DNA of 64,000 nucleotides from Desulfobacterales bacterium (GTDB lineage Bacteria > Desulfobacterota > Desulfobacteria > Desulfobacterales > UBA5852), in assembly GCA_963674755.2 (NCBI GenBank), contig CAXXVS010000002.1:1728001-1792000 (forward strand), written 5' to 3'. The translations under genes were made by a program, and so were the position numbers. Shown in pieces: positions 17,827-28,604 of this stretch; position 1 is the first letter of the stretch, and each line of letters begins with the position of its first letter. Below the pieces are notes generated by a model. That model was given only the letters and a program-made list of their open reading frames with translations. It was not told where the DNA came from and searched no databases.

Positions 17827-20808
17827 TCAGGCGTCCAGCGCTTCGCGGACTTTGACCGCGAGGGTCTTTTTGGAAAAAGGTTTATGGATGAAATGGACGT
17901 CCGAATCCAGCACGCCCCGGTGGGCGATGAGATCGGCGGTATAGCCGGACATGAAAAGCGTCCTTAAATTGGGTTGGGTTTGGGTCAGCGTCTTGGAAAG
18001 ATCCCGGCCGTTCATGTCCGGCATGACCACATCCGTAATCAACAGGTCAATCTTCCTGTCGTGGTTCGCGGCCAGCGCGATGGCCTCACTTGGGCTGCCG
18101 GCCGCGAGCAACGTGTAGTTCAGGGGTTCCAGGATCCGGGCGGTCAGTTTCAGGATACCCGGATCGTCCTCCACCACCAGCACGGTCTCACCGCTGCCCC
18201 GAGCGACCGTCTTAATGCTTGGGCGGCGGCTATCGGCCTCCCCCTCGTCATTCCGCGGCAGGTAAATCCTGAAGCGGGTCCCTTTACCCGGTTTACTGGA
18301 GACATTGATGAAGCCGTTGTTCTGCTTGGTTATCCCGTAAACCGTGGACAGCCCCAGCCCCGTGCCCCGGCCGACCTCTTTGGTGGTAAAAAAGGGCTCG
18401 AAGATATTGTCCAGGGTTTCACGCGCCATGCCGCAGCCGTCATCGCTCACGGTTATTAGAACGAAATCGCCCGGTTTTAACCATGGATGGCCGTCAATGT
18501 TTCCCGCGTCGATGGAAATGTTCCGGGTTTCGATGGTGACCTTGCCCACATCCTTGATGGCATCGCGCGCGTTCACGCAGAGATTGGCCAGGATCTGGTC
18601 CACCTGGGAGGGATCCATCTTGACCGACCACAGCTCCGGAGCGGGCCGCCAGGCCAGATCGATGTCCTCCCCGATCAGCCGCCGCAGCATCTTGAGCAGG
18701 TGCTCCACGGTGTCGTTCAGGTCCAGCACCTCCGGGGCGATGGTTTCCTTGCGGGCGAAGGCCAGCAGTTGCCGGATGATGTCCCGGGACCGCTGGGCCG
18801 CATGGAGGATTTCGACCAGATCGCCGTGCAGGGGATCGTCGGGGGGGACCTCCTCCACGGCCAGTTCGGCATAGCCGATGATCACACTCAGGATATTGTT
18901 GAAGTCGTGGGCCACCCCGCCGGCCAGCCGCCCCACCGACTCCAGCCGCTGGGACTGGTGAAGCTGGTTCTCCAATTTGCACTGCTCCTTTTCAGCTTGC
19001 TTTTGAGCGGTGATATCCTGGATAACACCCATGATTTTGATCATGGTGCCCGACGGATCTCTGACCGGCTGAGCGATGGACTTGATGATTATGGGGGGTG
19101 ATCCGTCACACGGATGGATCTCGAACTCCAGGTCATAGGGGGTGCCCTTCTCGATCAGATCCATCAGGGCTTGGTGCGTCCTGTCGCGTTCGGGGGTACA
19201 GCTCTCAATTTCATCAACGCTGAAAACTTTTCTTTGGGGGTCCAATCCATACATGCGCTTGGCTTCGTCCGAGCCCCAGAAAGTCTCCTGGTGGATATCG
19301 TATTCCCAATTGCCCACCCGGCCCATGCGTTGGGCGCTGATATAGCGCCTCTCACTTTCCCGCAAAGCGCGCTCGGCCGCTTTGCGTTCGGAGATATCGC
19401 GGGCCACCCCGAGCACTCCGATAAGATGGCCGTCGTCAGCGATCAGCGGCGCTTTAATGGTTTCAAAATGTCCCTGGTAGCCGTCATCGGCAAAGGTGAG
19501 CAACTCTTCGTTCATACGGGGTCCGCCGGCTTGCGCGGCCTCACGGTCGTGCTCCTGGAAAAAAACGGCCAGCTCCTTGTCGAACAGGTCGTGGTCGGTC
19601 TTACCGACGATCTCCGCTTCCCGGGCCCCCACCAGCCGTTCAAAGGCCCGGTTGCAGAAACGATAAACGCCATGCTGGTCCTTGAGCCAAACCAGGTCCG
19701 GGATGGCGTCCATCAGCGCCCCCAGCCGTTGCTCCGACCGGAGGAGTTCCGCCTGGGTTTGTTTGCGTTCGGTGATGTCGTCGTAGACCGCCACGAGTTC
19801 GCCGTTGGGAAGCCGGTACACCCGGTTTTCGCGCCAGCTTTCGCGACCGTGGGCATCGCGGTATAGCGCTGCCGGGAAATGCTCGGCCGTCCCCGTCGCC
19901 CAAACCCTTTGGAATACATCCAGCAGTCCGTAGTCTTTGACGTCCGGGAAAACTTCCGTGACGCGCCGGCCGACAACATCCCCCCGGCTGACATTCTCGA
20001 TGCGCTCGGCCGCGGAATTGAAATCCTGTACCACAAAATCGGTCCCTTCGTCCACGGCCGTATAGACGGCAACCCCGCTCGTCATGCACTCGAACAAAGC
20101 CCGGAAGCGGTCTTCGCTCTCCCGCAGGGCCGCCAGGGCCTCCTCCCGGTCGGTTAAGACGTCGATCTTATAGAGGGCGAAGGCCAGGTCGTCGCACGCC
20201 TCCCGGAAGAGAGTTCTTTCCTCCGGGTCCTGGGCGTAGGCCACTGGTACGGAAACCGATAACATACCATAGAGGCGATCTTCAAAGGCAAGGCGATGGA
20301 TCAATCGCGCCTGCCCCGAATCCTCCGTCCGCAACGGGCAGCCTTGGCATTCGGAAATCGGATCCTTTACGATCACGGTATCTTCCTGATCCAAGGCCGC
20401 GCGCACACAGTCCGGGAATTCACCTTGCCGCAAGCGGTCCTGCATGACCCTGCGACCGCTCTCGAAACCGGAGAAAGCGGTCCGGACAGCGGTTCGGCCG
20501 CCCTCGTCCAGCAGGGCAATCCAGGCCTTGGGGTAGCCCATGGTCGCCGTCAGGTTGGCACAGGCGCCCTCGATCAAGCGCTGGGGATCGTTTTCCTGTG
20601 CGATCAACCGGTTGAAGTGGCGGAGAGCCCGAAGCACCTGCGCAAGATGGATTTCACGGGCTTCGGCCTCCGCCAGCCGAATCACGAGGGTCTGGTCGTC
20701 ACTGAGGATGGTATCCACCTGGCCCGCCTGGATCGCCTGGAGGGCCGATTCCGTCATGCGCAAACGACGCGTCAATTCCGCAATAACCTTGTCGTGCGAT
20801 TCCTTCAT
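17827..20808 (-). CDS. hybrid histidine kinase (GAF-PAS-PAS-PAS-HisKA-HATPase-REC), downstream of kaiB
   Basis: AHDFNNIL H-box; C-terminal receiver TDVVMPDMNG; start overlaps the kaiB stop. Confidence 0.95.
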   Translation of the reverse strand: MKESHDKVIAELTRRLRMTESALQAIQAGQVDTILSDDQTLVIRLAEAEAREIHLAQVLRALRHFNRLIAQENDPQRLIEGACANLTATMGYPKAWIALLDEGGRTAVRTAFSGFESGRRVMQDRLRQGEFPDCVRAALDQEDTVIVKDPISECQGCPLRTEDSGQARLIHRLAFEDRLYGMLSVSVPVAYAQDPEERTLFREACDDLAFALYKIDVLTDREEALAALRESEDRFRALFECMTSGVAVYTAVDEGTDFVVQDFNSAAERIENVSRGDVVGRRVTEVFPDVKDYGLLDVFQRVWATGTAEHFPAALYRDAHGRESWRENRVYRLPNGELVAVYDDITERKQTQAELLRSEQRLGALMDAIPDLVWLKDQHGVYRFCNRAFERLVGAREAEIVGKTDHDLFDKELAVFFQEHDREAAQAGGPRMNEELLTFADDGYQGHFETIKAPLIADDGHLIGVLGVARDISERKAAERALRESERRYISAQRMGRVGNWEYDIHQETFWGSDEAKRMYGLDPQRKVFSVDEIESCTPERDRTHQALMDLIEKGTPYDLEFEIHPCDGSPPIIIKSIAQPVRDPSGTMIKIMGVIQDITAQKQAEKEQCKLENQLHQSQRLESVGRLAGGVAHDFNNILSVIIGYAELAVEEVPPDDPLHGDLVEILHAAQRSRDIIRQLLAFARKETIAPEVLDLNDTVEHLLKMLRRLIGEDIDLAWRPAPELWSVKMDPSQVDQILANLCVNARDAIKDVGKVTIETRNISIDAGNIDGHPWLKPGDFVLITVSDDGCGMARETLDNIFEPFFTTKEVGRGTGLGLSTVYGITKQNNGFINVSSKPGKGTRFRIYLPRNDEGEADSRRPSIKTVARGSGETVLVVEDDPGILKLTARILEPLNYTLLAAGSPSEAIALAANHDRKIDLLITDVVMPDMNGRDLSKTLTQTQPNLRTLFMSGYTADLIAHRGVLDSDVHFIHKPFSKKTLAVKVREALDA
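18541..18700. repeat. near-identical segment shared between paralogous kinases (second copy 23361-23520)
   Basis: Direct comparison by eye: 4 mismatches in 160 nt. Confidence 0.9.
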
Positions 20809-21113
20809 TGCTGGGCCCCCGGGAACAGCGCCAGCAGGGTGTCGGCATCGTTCAGGTTGCCGTAGATTACCGCCCCTGGTTCGGGGCCGAGCACTTGCAG
20901 GGCCGGTGTCAGAAAAATACCGTTTGCCAGTGCTTTCTGAGGCTCCTGCATGACATCCACAATCTCCACCGTGATTACGGCATCGTCCAGACGGCGCTGC
21001 AGGCGTTGCAGATTCTCCCGCGCAATGCGCGAATTGGGGGCGTCGCCGGACACGAAAAGGCGCAGTTTGTAGCGCAACCTTTCGGTTTCCCGGCGGTCGA
21101 TTTTATGGCTCAT
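20805..21113 (-). CDS. kaiB: KaiB-family protein
   Basis: YKLRLFVSGDAPNSRIARENL..EIVDV..P..A...I..TPAL..GNL. Confidence 0.88.
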   Translation of the reverse strand: MSHKIDRRETERLRYKLRLFVSGDAPNSRIARENLQRLQRRLDDAVITVEIVDVMQEPQKALANGIFLTPALQVLGPEPGAVIYGNLNDADTLLALFPGAQQ

Positions 21114-22571
21114 CGTTCCCTCCCTCTTCCCCGATCCGAATCCCGTCGTCCGTGATATGAAAGGTGTGGATGCGATTGGAATGCTTTTTGCCCCTGGACT
21201 TCAGAATCCCCAGCCGCCTCGTATAAGCGCCCCGGTATTCAAAATTGCGCAGGACGACGAGGGTGTCGATGACCGAGGAGAGGTCGACCCCCGTGATCTC
21301 GTGTACCTTGTCGCCGGCGGTCAGGTTGGTCAGCAAAGTCGTGACCCCATGCTGTTTGCAATAGTCGATCAGCCGCAGGAGATAGTCGAAGGCCGACAGA
21401 CTCGATCCCATGCGCTGGCAGGCGGAAATGGCATCCACGACGAAGTGGTCCGGCTGGAATTCATCGATGGTGCGGAAGGCCTGAATCAGATGTTCCTCGA
21501 CCCCCTGGGACTCGGGCATGGCCGAGACGAATTTCAGCCGCCCGGTGGCCTGTGCGGCCATCAAATCGATGCCGGGGCTGACCATGCAGGACACCATGGC
21601 GTCCCATGATTCTTCAAAGCTGAGGTAAAGCAACCGTTCGCCCCGGTCCACGGCCGCCACGCTGAAAGAACAGGCGAATGTCGTCTTGCCCGTCCCCGAA
21701 CTACCCGTGATCAGCGTACAAGACCGGCGGCGGTAGCCCCCGCCGAGGATGGGGTCGAGCCCCTCGATGCCGGTGGGCATCGTCTCACCCAGGGCTTGAT
21801 GTTCGAGGTTGGTCCGGGTGACGGGAATGACCCATATCCCCTGATCGGTGACGGCGAAAGGATATTCGTTGCGGCCGCAGCTCGACCCACGGTACTTGAT
21901 GACCCGCATGCGGCGGGTGATCAGCTGGTTCATGACGCGCTGGTCCAGATGGATCACGCAGTCCGCCAGGAATTCCGTAAAATCGTATTGTAATGAAAAA
22001 AAGCCCCCGTCCCCGCCATCGCGAGATTTCGTGGTCATAAGGGTGGTTGTGCCGGCCTCGCGCAGCCAATCACCGAGCTTACCGATTTCGGTACGTTCTT
22101 TGTTGATGTTGTCCAGCAGGTGCAAGAGGTTATCCGGCGCATCGATCAGGACAATGCGTGCTTGAATCTCCTCGATTTGCTGTTTGAGAATGCCCATAAT
22201 AGCGCCCAGGTCGAAATCGCCGGCAAGCACGGCGTGGGGCTGAATCCGGGCGCTTATCAGCCGCAATTTCCCCAGTCCCTCTAGCTGGGGCAGATCCCAC
22301 CCGAGAACATGTCCGTAGCGGCGCAGGGACGCTTCCTGCTCTTCGAAAGTCAGCATGACACCGGGAGAGACCCCGCTTGGGCGCTCCGGACCAGGCATTC
22401 AAGCCCCATAATCGTTTTGCAGGCCCCCGGACCGCCGCACAGCAGTGTCAGGCCCCCCCGGGGGATACCGCCCTGGAGCACGTCGTCCAAGCCGATCACA
22501 CCGGTCGGGAGCTTGTCGATCTGCCGGTGAGATAGGGGTGCATCGTCCGAATAAGACGAAGTTGGTGTCAT
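21103..22571 (-). pseudogene. kaiC: KaiC-family double RecA ATPase, frameshifted near 22365-22370
   Basis: 5' part LPTGVIGLDDVLQGGIPRG..GGPGACKT stops at 22350; homology continues in another frame as SPGVMLTFEE; CII domain GSSGTGKT, SFEES, LKSRG intact; GGAGGA before ATG 22571. Confidence 0.85.
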
Positions 22572-22640
22572 GGTGTTGGTCCTCCTGTTTTCGAGAGGTT
22601 TGACAGGCTTCCATCCCCCCAAGTCGGCGGTATAAGCCGC

Positions 22641-25600
22641 TTAGCCGGCGCCAGCCAACGCCTCGCGGACCTTGGTCGCCAATTCCTTTCTGGAAAAGGG
22701 CTTGTGGATGAAATGGGCGTCCGAATCCAGCACGCCCCGGTGGGCGATGACATCGGCCGTGTAGCCGGACATGAACAGCGTCTTTAGATTGGGATGGGTG
22801 CGGGTCAGCGCCTCGGACAGCTCCCGGCCGTTCATGTCGGGCATGACCACGTCCGTGACCAGCAAATGAATCGCCTCCCCACAGGCTTGGGCCATCTCAA
22901 TGGCCTTCCCGGGGCTGCAGGCCTCGAGCACGGTGTAATTCAAAGGTTTCAGAATCCGCGCAGTCAGCTTGAGGATGGCGGGATCGTCCTCCACAACCAG
23001 CACGGTCTCACCGTGCCCCTCGACGGCCGTTTCGACCGTTGGCGGTTGTTGGGCCGCCATGTCACCGGCATGTCGCGGCAGATAGATCCGGAGGCTTGTC
23101 CCTTCACCCGGTTCGCTGTATACGTTAATGAATCCCTCATTCTGCCGGACGATCCCGTAAACCGTGGCCAGTCCCAGCCCGGTTCCCCGGCCGACGCTCT
23201 TGGTGGTGAAGAAAGGCTCGAAAATACTGCCCAGGGTCTCCCGATCCATACCGGCACCGTCGTCGCTCACTGCCAGTACGACAAAATCGCCCGGTTTAAA
23301 CTCGGGATGGTCGGTGCAATACGCCGCGTCGATGGTCACCGCATCCGTTTCAATGGTAACCTTGCCCACATCCTCGATGGCATCGCGCGCGTTCACGCAG
23401 AGATTGGCCAGGATCTGGTCCACCTGGGAGGGATCCATCTTGACCGGCCACAGCTCCGGAGCGGGCTGCCAAGCCAGATCGATGTCCTCCCCGATCAGCC
23501 GCCGCAGCATCTTGAGCAGGTTTGCCACGGTTTGGTTCAAGTCGAGCACTCGCGGGGCAATGGTCTCCTTGCGGGCGAAGGCCAGCAATTGCCGGGTAAT
23601 GTCCCGGGACCTTTGGGCGGCATGGACGATTTCGGTCAGGTCGTCGTGCAGGGAGTCTCCGGGGCCGAGGTCTTCGACGGCCAGTTCGGCATAGCCGATG
23701 ATCACGCTGAGGATGTTGTTGAAATCGTGGGCTACCCCTCCGGCCAGCCGCCCCACCGACTCCAGCTTCTGGGACTTGTAAAGCTGGGCTTCCAGTTTGC
23801 GCCGCTCTTGATCGGCTTTCTTTTCACTGGTGATGTCCCGTATAACCCCCATGACTCTGGTATTGGCGCCCGTGTTGTCTCGTTCAATCTTGGCGATGGA
23901 ACGGACGATCCTGGGCGGTGATCCGTCCACCGGATGAACTTCGTACTCGATGTCATAGGGTTTCCCCTTGTCAACCAGGTCCGCCAGTGCTTGGTGCACC
24001 CGGTCGCGCTCGGGGATACGGCTCTCGGCCTCTTCAACGGTGAATTTTATTTGAAGCGGCTCAAGCCCGAACATTCTCTTGGCCTCGTCCGAAGCCCAGA
24101 ATGTCTCGGTGTGCGCATCGTATTCCCAGTTGCCCACCCGGCCTATATGCTGAGCGCTTTTGTAGCGCAATTCGCTTTCCCGCAATGCGTTCTCGGCCTT
24201 CTTGCGCCCCGAGATGTCGCGCGCAATGCCCAGCACTCCGACAAGGCCGCCGTTCCTGTTCCGCATGGGCGTTTTAACGGTCTCGAAATACCCCTGGTAG
24301 CCGTCCTCGGCAAACGTCAGGGACTCTTCGTTGACGCGGGGCCGTCCGGCTTCTATGGCTTTGCGGTCGTGTTCTCGGAAAAAATCGGCCAACTCCCGGT
24401 CCACGAAGTCGTAATCGGTTTTACCGACGATGTCGGACTCCTTGGCGCCGTAAAAGCGCTCAAAGCGGCGATTGCAGCTCAAATAGACACCGTCCGGGGC
24501 CTTGAGCCAGACCAGGTCCGGAATGGCATTCACCAGCCCCCGGAGCATGGCTTCGGATTGGGACAACTCATGTTCGATCTGCTTGCGTTGGGTGATGTCG
24601 CGGGTAACCCCCTGGAGTCCGGCGAGATGGTCCTGCGCGTCGAAAGTCAGCTTGCCGTGAATTTCGACGAGGATGAGCGAACCGTCTTTGCAGCGTATCT
24701 CGGTTTCGAAGACCACGCCGCCATGAGCCTCGCCCTTTTCGATTTCGGTTTGGATAAACGCGGCCATTTCCATAAAGTGGGCTTCGTCGCAATGGTCGGC
24801 CAGGCGGGAACCCATCCACTCTTCCGGAGTATAACCCGTAAGCATTTCGATGGCCGGGTTCACATAGGTAAAGACCATATCCGGATCCATGGTCCAAATG
24901 ACATCCAGGGTATTGTCGGCCAACAGCCGGTACTTTTCTTCCTGTTCCAGGATCCGGTCGAGGTAGGCGCGCTCGTCGGTCTGGTCCTTGAACACCAACA
25001 CCACGCCGATAATTCGCCCGGCGTCGTCGCGGATCGGTGAACCGCTGTCGGCAACGGGAATCTCCCGGCCGTCCTTGGCAATAAGCAGCGTATGATTGAC
25101 GAGGCCCACCACACGGTCCTCCTTGAGCACCTTCGCCACCGGATCCGCCATGGGCAGCCGCGATTTCTCGCCAATAATCCGGAAAACGTCGCCCAAGGGC
25201 TTTCCATGCGCTTCTTCCTGCTGCCAGCCGGTAAGGTCCTCGGCGATGGGATTCATGAGTTCGACACGACCCGCCGCATCGGTGGAAATCACGGCATCGC
25301 CGATGGCCTGCAGGGTTATCCGGTGGCGCATGAGGACCTGGTTGAGGGCCGTCTCGGAATGGTAGCGTCTTCTATAGTGGTCTTTGAGGTTGCGCTGGCG
25401 AACGACGGCCATCACGACGCCGACCAGGCTTAGGGCCGCTATCAACATGGCCAGAATCATAACCGAACGGAAACGCCATTCGGCAAAGGCTTCGGTGGCA
25501 TCGATCTTGGAAACCATGAACCACGGCGAATCCGGGACCGGCAAAATGGCCGCGATCACCTCTTCGCCGCGATAATCCTTGCCCTGGACGATGCCCTCGT

Positions 25601-26360
25601 GTCCTGTAATGGCCATGGCGGCCGGCAGATCGGATTGACGCAAGGGGATGTGGAGCTTTAAAGCGGTGCCGGTCTGGTGTCTTAGATCGTTGAGGAAGAG
25701 GACCTCGTCACCGTCCCGCCGAATAAGGAGGGTTTCCGCCGTTTGGCTGGGCGTGGGCCATGATTGGATCAGGGGATACAGGAACTGGGCCGGGTCGCAA
25801 ATGAGAACGATGGCCCCGATGGGGCGCCGGCCGCTGCCGGCAAGGAAAAGGGGCGCCACCACGGAGAGATGGACTTGCATCCGGCCGTGACCGGTATGAA
25901 AGTCGGTCCACGCGGGCTTATGGGTGGCAACGGCGGCGGCGAAAGCCTTGTCATACGCCTGATCCAGGACCGCCGGCTTGGACTCCAGGGACAATCGAAT
26001 CCGTCGGTCCGGACCGACCACCCATATATCGGCATAATGATAGCGCTCTTTGACATCGCGCAATCGGCGCAGGATGCCAGAGGCTTCCCGCTCTGTCGGA
26101 TGGCGGAAATAGCGCTGGACGTCATCGATAAGCGCTTTGCGCCCCATCATTATCGCGGCGTCAGCCAGTCTCTGATCCCGCCAGGTCTGAATTTCCTGAA
26201 TCTTCAGTTTGGCGACGGATAGCAGATTGGTCTCCACGGCTTTTTGTTGGGCCGCTTTCTGCGCTTGTAAGAACCAGAAGCCGGCCACAAGCAGGGTGGC
26301 CCCGATTGCCACAAATACCATCTGCGGCCAACGCGGCCGTGGCGTTTCCGCGTTTTGCAT
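22641..26360 (-). CDS. membrane-bound hybrid histidine kinase (Cache-like sensor, 4 PAS, HisKA, HATPase, REC)
   Basis: Two TM helices flank a periplasmic domain (GKDYRGEEV..W); PAS repeats; AHDFNNIL; C-terminal receiver; start approximate. Confidence 0.93.
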   Translation of the reverse strand: MQNAETPRPRWPQMVFVAIGATLLVAGFWFLQAQKAAQQKAVETNLLSVAKLKIQEIQTWRDQRLADAAIMMGRKALIDDVQRYFRHPTEREASGILRRLRDVKERYHYADIWVVGPDRRIRLSLESKPAVLDQAYDKAFAAAVATHKPAWTDFHTGHGRMQVHLSVVAPLFLAGSGRRPIGAIVLICDPAQFLYPLIQSWPTPSQTAETLLIRRDGDEVLFLNDLRHQTGTALKLHIPLRQSDLPAAMAITGHEGIVQGKDYRGEEVIAAILPVPDSPWFMVSKIDATEAFAEWRFRSVMILAMLIAALSLVGVVMAVVRQRNLKDHYRRRYHSETALNQVLMRHRITLQAIGDAVISTDAAGRVELMNPIAEDLTGWQQEEAHGKPLGDVFRIIGEKSRLPMADPVAKVLKEDRVVGLVNHTLLIAKDGREIPVADSGSPIRDDAGRIIGVVLVFKDQTDERAYLDRILEQEEKYRLLADNTLDVIWTMDPDMVFTYVNPAIEMLTGYTPEEWMGSRLADHCDEAHFMEMAAFIQTEIEKGEAHGGVVFETEIRCKDGSLILVEIHGKLTFDAQDHLAGLQGVTRDITQRKQIEHELSQSEAMLRGLVNAIPDLVWLKAPDGVYLSCNRRFERFYGAKESDIVGKTDYDFVDRELADFFREHDRKAIEAGRPRVNEESLTFAEDGYQGYFETVKTPMRNRNGGLVGVLGIARDISGRKKAENALRESELRYKSAQHIGRVGNWEYDAHTETFWASDEAKRMFGLEPLQIKFTVEEAESRIPERDRVHQALADLVDKGKPYDIEYEVHPVDGSPPRIVRSIAKIERDNTGANTRVMGVIRDITSEKKADQERRKLEAQLYKSQKLESVGRLAGGVAHDFNNILSVIIGYAELAVEDLGPGDSLHDDLTEIVHAAQRSRDITRQLLAFARKETIAPRVLDLNQTVANLLKMLRRLIGEDIDLAWQPAPELWPVKMDPSQVDQILANLCVNARDAIEDVGKVTIETDAVTIDAAYCTDHPEFKPGDFVVLAVSDDGAGMDRETLGSIFEPFFTTKSVGRGTGLGLATVYGIVRQNEGFINVYSEPGEGTSLRIYLPRHAGDMAAQQPPTVETAVEGHGETVLVVEDDPAILKLTARILKPLNYTVLEACSPGKAIEMAQACGEAIHLLVTDVVMPDMNGRELSEALTRTHPNLKTLFMSGYTADVIAHRGVLDSDAHFIHKPFSRKELATKVREALAGAG

Positions 26361-26804
26361 AGGGAAACTCCGTACGACGTAAAGGTAGGCCGGCTTGGAA
26401 TAACAGCAGCAAGAACGCTGCGGGGGGATTACTCGAAAAGGATAGTGTTCTAAAAGGTCAGATGTCAATGGAAGGGCCTCACCATGAGGCCTTATTTACA
26501 CCATCGCGAACTTGCGCCAATCCCAGATTACGCCGTTATAACAGACAGATTCCCTATCGACGAAACCATGCTTACAGCATTGTGAAGCTTTTGCAGTTAT
26601 CCTTCTTACACATAAACGCAACGAATTCACATTATTATTTAAAATTGCAGAACAACGGCAACCGAGATTGGGGGGGCTGTGGTGGGCAATTCACATCCCC
26701 CTGCAAAGAGACTACCTCCGGGACCCAAGTTGATTTCCATAGCAGGTTTTAGCGGCAAGACCGCCGGCCGGCCCAACCGAGCGCCATCAATCTCCGGTTC
26801 CACT

Positions 26805-27746
26805 TCAGGTCCCGTTCAGCGCCGACCGGACACTGGCTGCGAGGAGCTGTTTGGAAAAAGGCTTGGGGACGAAATGAACATCCGAATCCAGAATGCCCCT
26901 ATGGGCAATGACATCGGCGGTATAACCGGACATGAAGAGCGTCCTGAGTTCCGGGTAGGCCCTGGTCAGGGTGTTTGACAGTTCGCGGCCGTTCATATCC
27001 GGCATGACCACGTCCGTGACCAGCAGGTGAATGGCCCCCGTGTGGGCCTCGGCCTGTGCGATGGCCTCCTTGGGGCTGTGGGCCTCGATCACGGTGTAAT
27101 TCAGGGACGCCAGAATCCGTGCGGTCAGTTTCAGGATGGCGGGATCGTCCTCCACCACCAGAACGGTTTCACCGTGCCCGGCGATGATTGCTTCCTCCAT
27201 GGGGCGTCGTTGCGCCACCGCGTCACCGGCGTAGCGCGGCAGATAAATCCGAAAGCTGGCCCCTTCCCCCGGTTCGCTGTAGACGTTGATAAAGCCGTCA
27301 TTCTGTTTGACGATGCCGTAGACCGTGGCCAGCCCGAGACCGGTGCCCTGCCCCAGACGTTTGGTTGTAAAAAAGGGCTCGAAGATATTGTTCAGGGTTT
27401 CCCGATCCATGCCGCAGCCGTCGTCGCTTACCGCCAGCATGACGAAATCGCCCGATTTAAAACCGGCGTCCAGGCATCGCCGGCAAGCGCCCGGAGTCAG
27501 TCCGCTGCGGGATGGCTCGGCAAGCAGCCGCGTGATGCTGTTGAACCAGAAACCGCCCTTGCGGGAGATGGTCGGCGCGGCAGGATCGAGGTGGCCCTCG
27601 ATGACACGGCGGCACAGGCAGGATGGAGCAGACGGGGGATTGAGAGGGATCAGGCTTGCCGGATAAGGGTGCGGTAGCGTCGCTCCCCGGCCTGAACCGC
27701 CTGCACGAGCTTGTTGCGTTCGTTGACGTCCATGGATACCACCCAC
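26805..27746 (-). pseudogene. collapsed hybrid histidine kinase remnant (GAF fragment fused to half HATPase plus REC)
   Basis: Has GDFVMLAVSDDGCGM..GTGLGL and a full receiver, but no H-box or N-box; preceded by sensor-domain fragments. Confidence 0.8.
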
Positions 27747-27963
27747 AACCAGTGCAAGGTACTGGTACTGGTCTCATTGTGTTCGCTGGAGGCCAGAAGT
27801 TGGCAGCTGGCCCTGCTTGATCGCCAAAGTAAAACGATGTATTTCCCTGGGCAAATCATCCCTGGGCCTTTATGAATCAGAGATTTATGCCGATAGCCGT
27901 TTGGGCAGTCTCTACCGACAGTTTCTGCTTGACCTTTCCCATGCTTCAAGGTGTAGTCTTGCC

Positions 27964-28587
27964 ATGGCCCTGCCCGCGACCCATATCCGTTTTGCCCTGG
28001 ACTTGGTTGATCACCTCCCGGTGGGGTCCCGCCAAGCTTATCTGGCCGGAACCCTTTACCCGGACACCCGCTGGCTGACGGGTCTCGGCCGGGAGGCGAC
28101 CCATGCGGAGATCCACCTCCAGCCCCGCTTTGCCACTTCGGATTTCCGGTGGGGCTGGCATGTCCATTGCCGCTGCGACCAAATCCAAGCGACTCTCATG
28201 GAGCAATACTTCCTTGAGTTGACCGAATTCGATGACGAGCGCCGCTGGGTCTATATGTCTGCGCTGAAAATGATTCAGGACAGTGACGATCGGGTCGCGG
28301 TGGACATGACCCGTGAGACGGCGAGCCTCGCCCCCGTTGAAACACCCCACAACGAAGACCCGGATCGGATAAAAGCCTATTACGACGGGGTAAGGGAAAT
28401 CTATGCCGGCAAATCGCAAATGCCCCCGGAGAATTACCGCCGTCTCTGGCGAATGGTGGGACTGGCGCCCGAACGGCTGGATGCCATCATGCAGGATATG
28501 GCCCGAATAATCGCCGACGGCGCAAAGGTGGAACGCATCCGCAGCTTGTTTCCCCGCATGTGCGCCGCCTTTAGCGCGTCGCTATAG
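27964..28587 (+). CDS. hypothetical protein, possible zinc-dependent phospholipase C-like fold
   Basis: N-terminal ATH, AGTLYPD, ATH, GWHVHCRCD pattern. Confidence 0.55.
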   Translation: MALPATHIRFALDLVDHLPVGSRQAYLAGTLYPDTRWLTGLGREATHAEIHLQPRFATSDFRWGWHVHCRCDQIQATLMEQYFLELTEFDDERRWVYMSALKMIQDSDDRVAVDMTRETASLAPVETPHNEDPDRIKAYYDGVREIYAGKSQMPPENYRRLWRMVGLAPERLDAIMQDMARIIADGAKVERIRSLFPRMCAAFSASL

Positions 28588-28604
28588 AACGGGCGCAACT
28601 ATAT

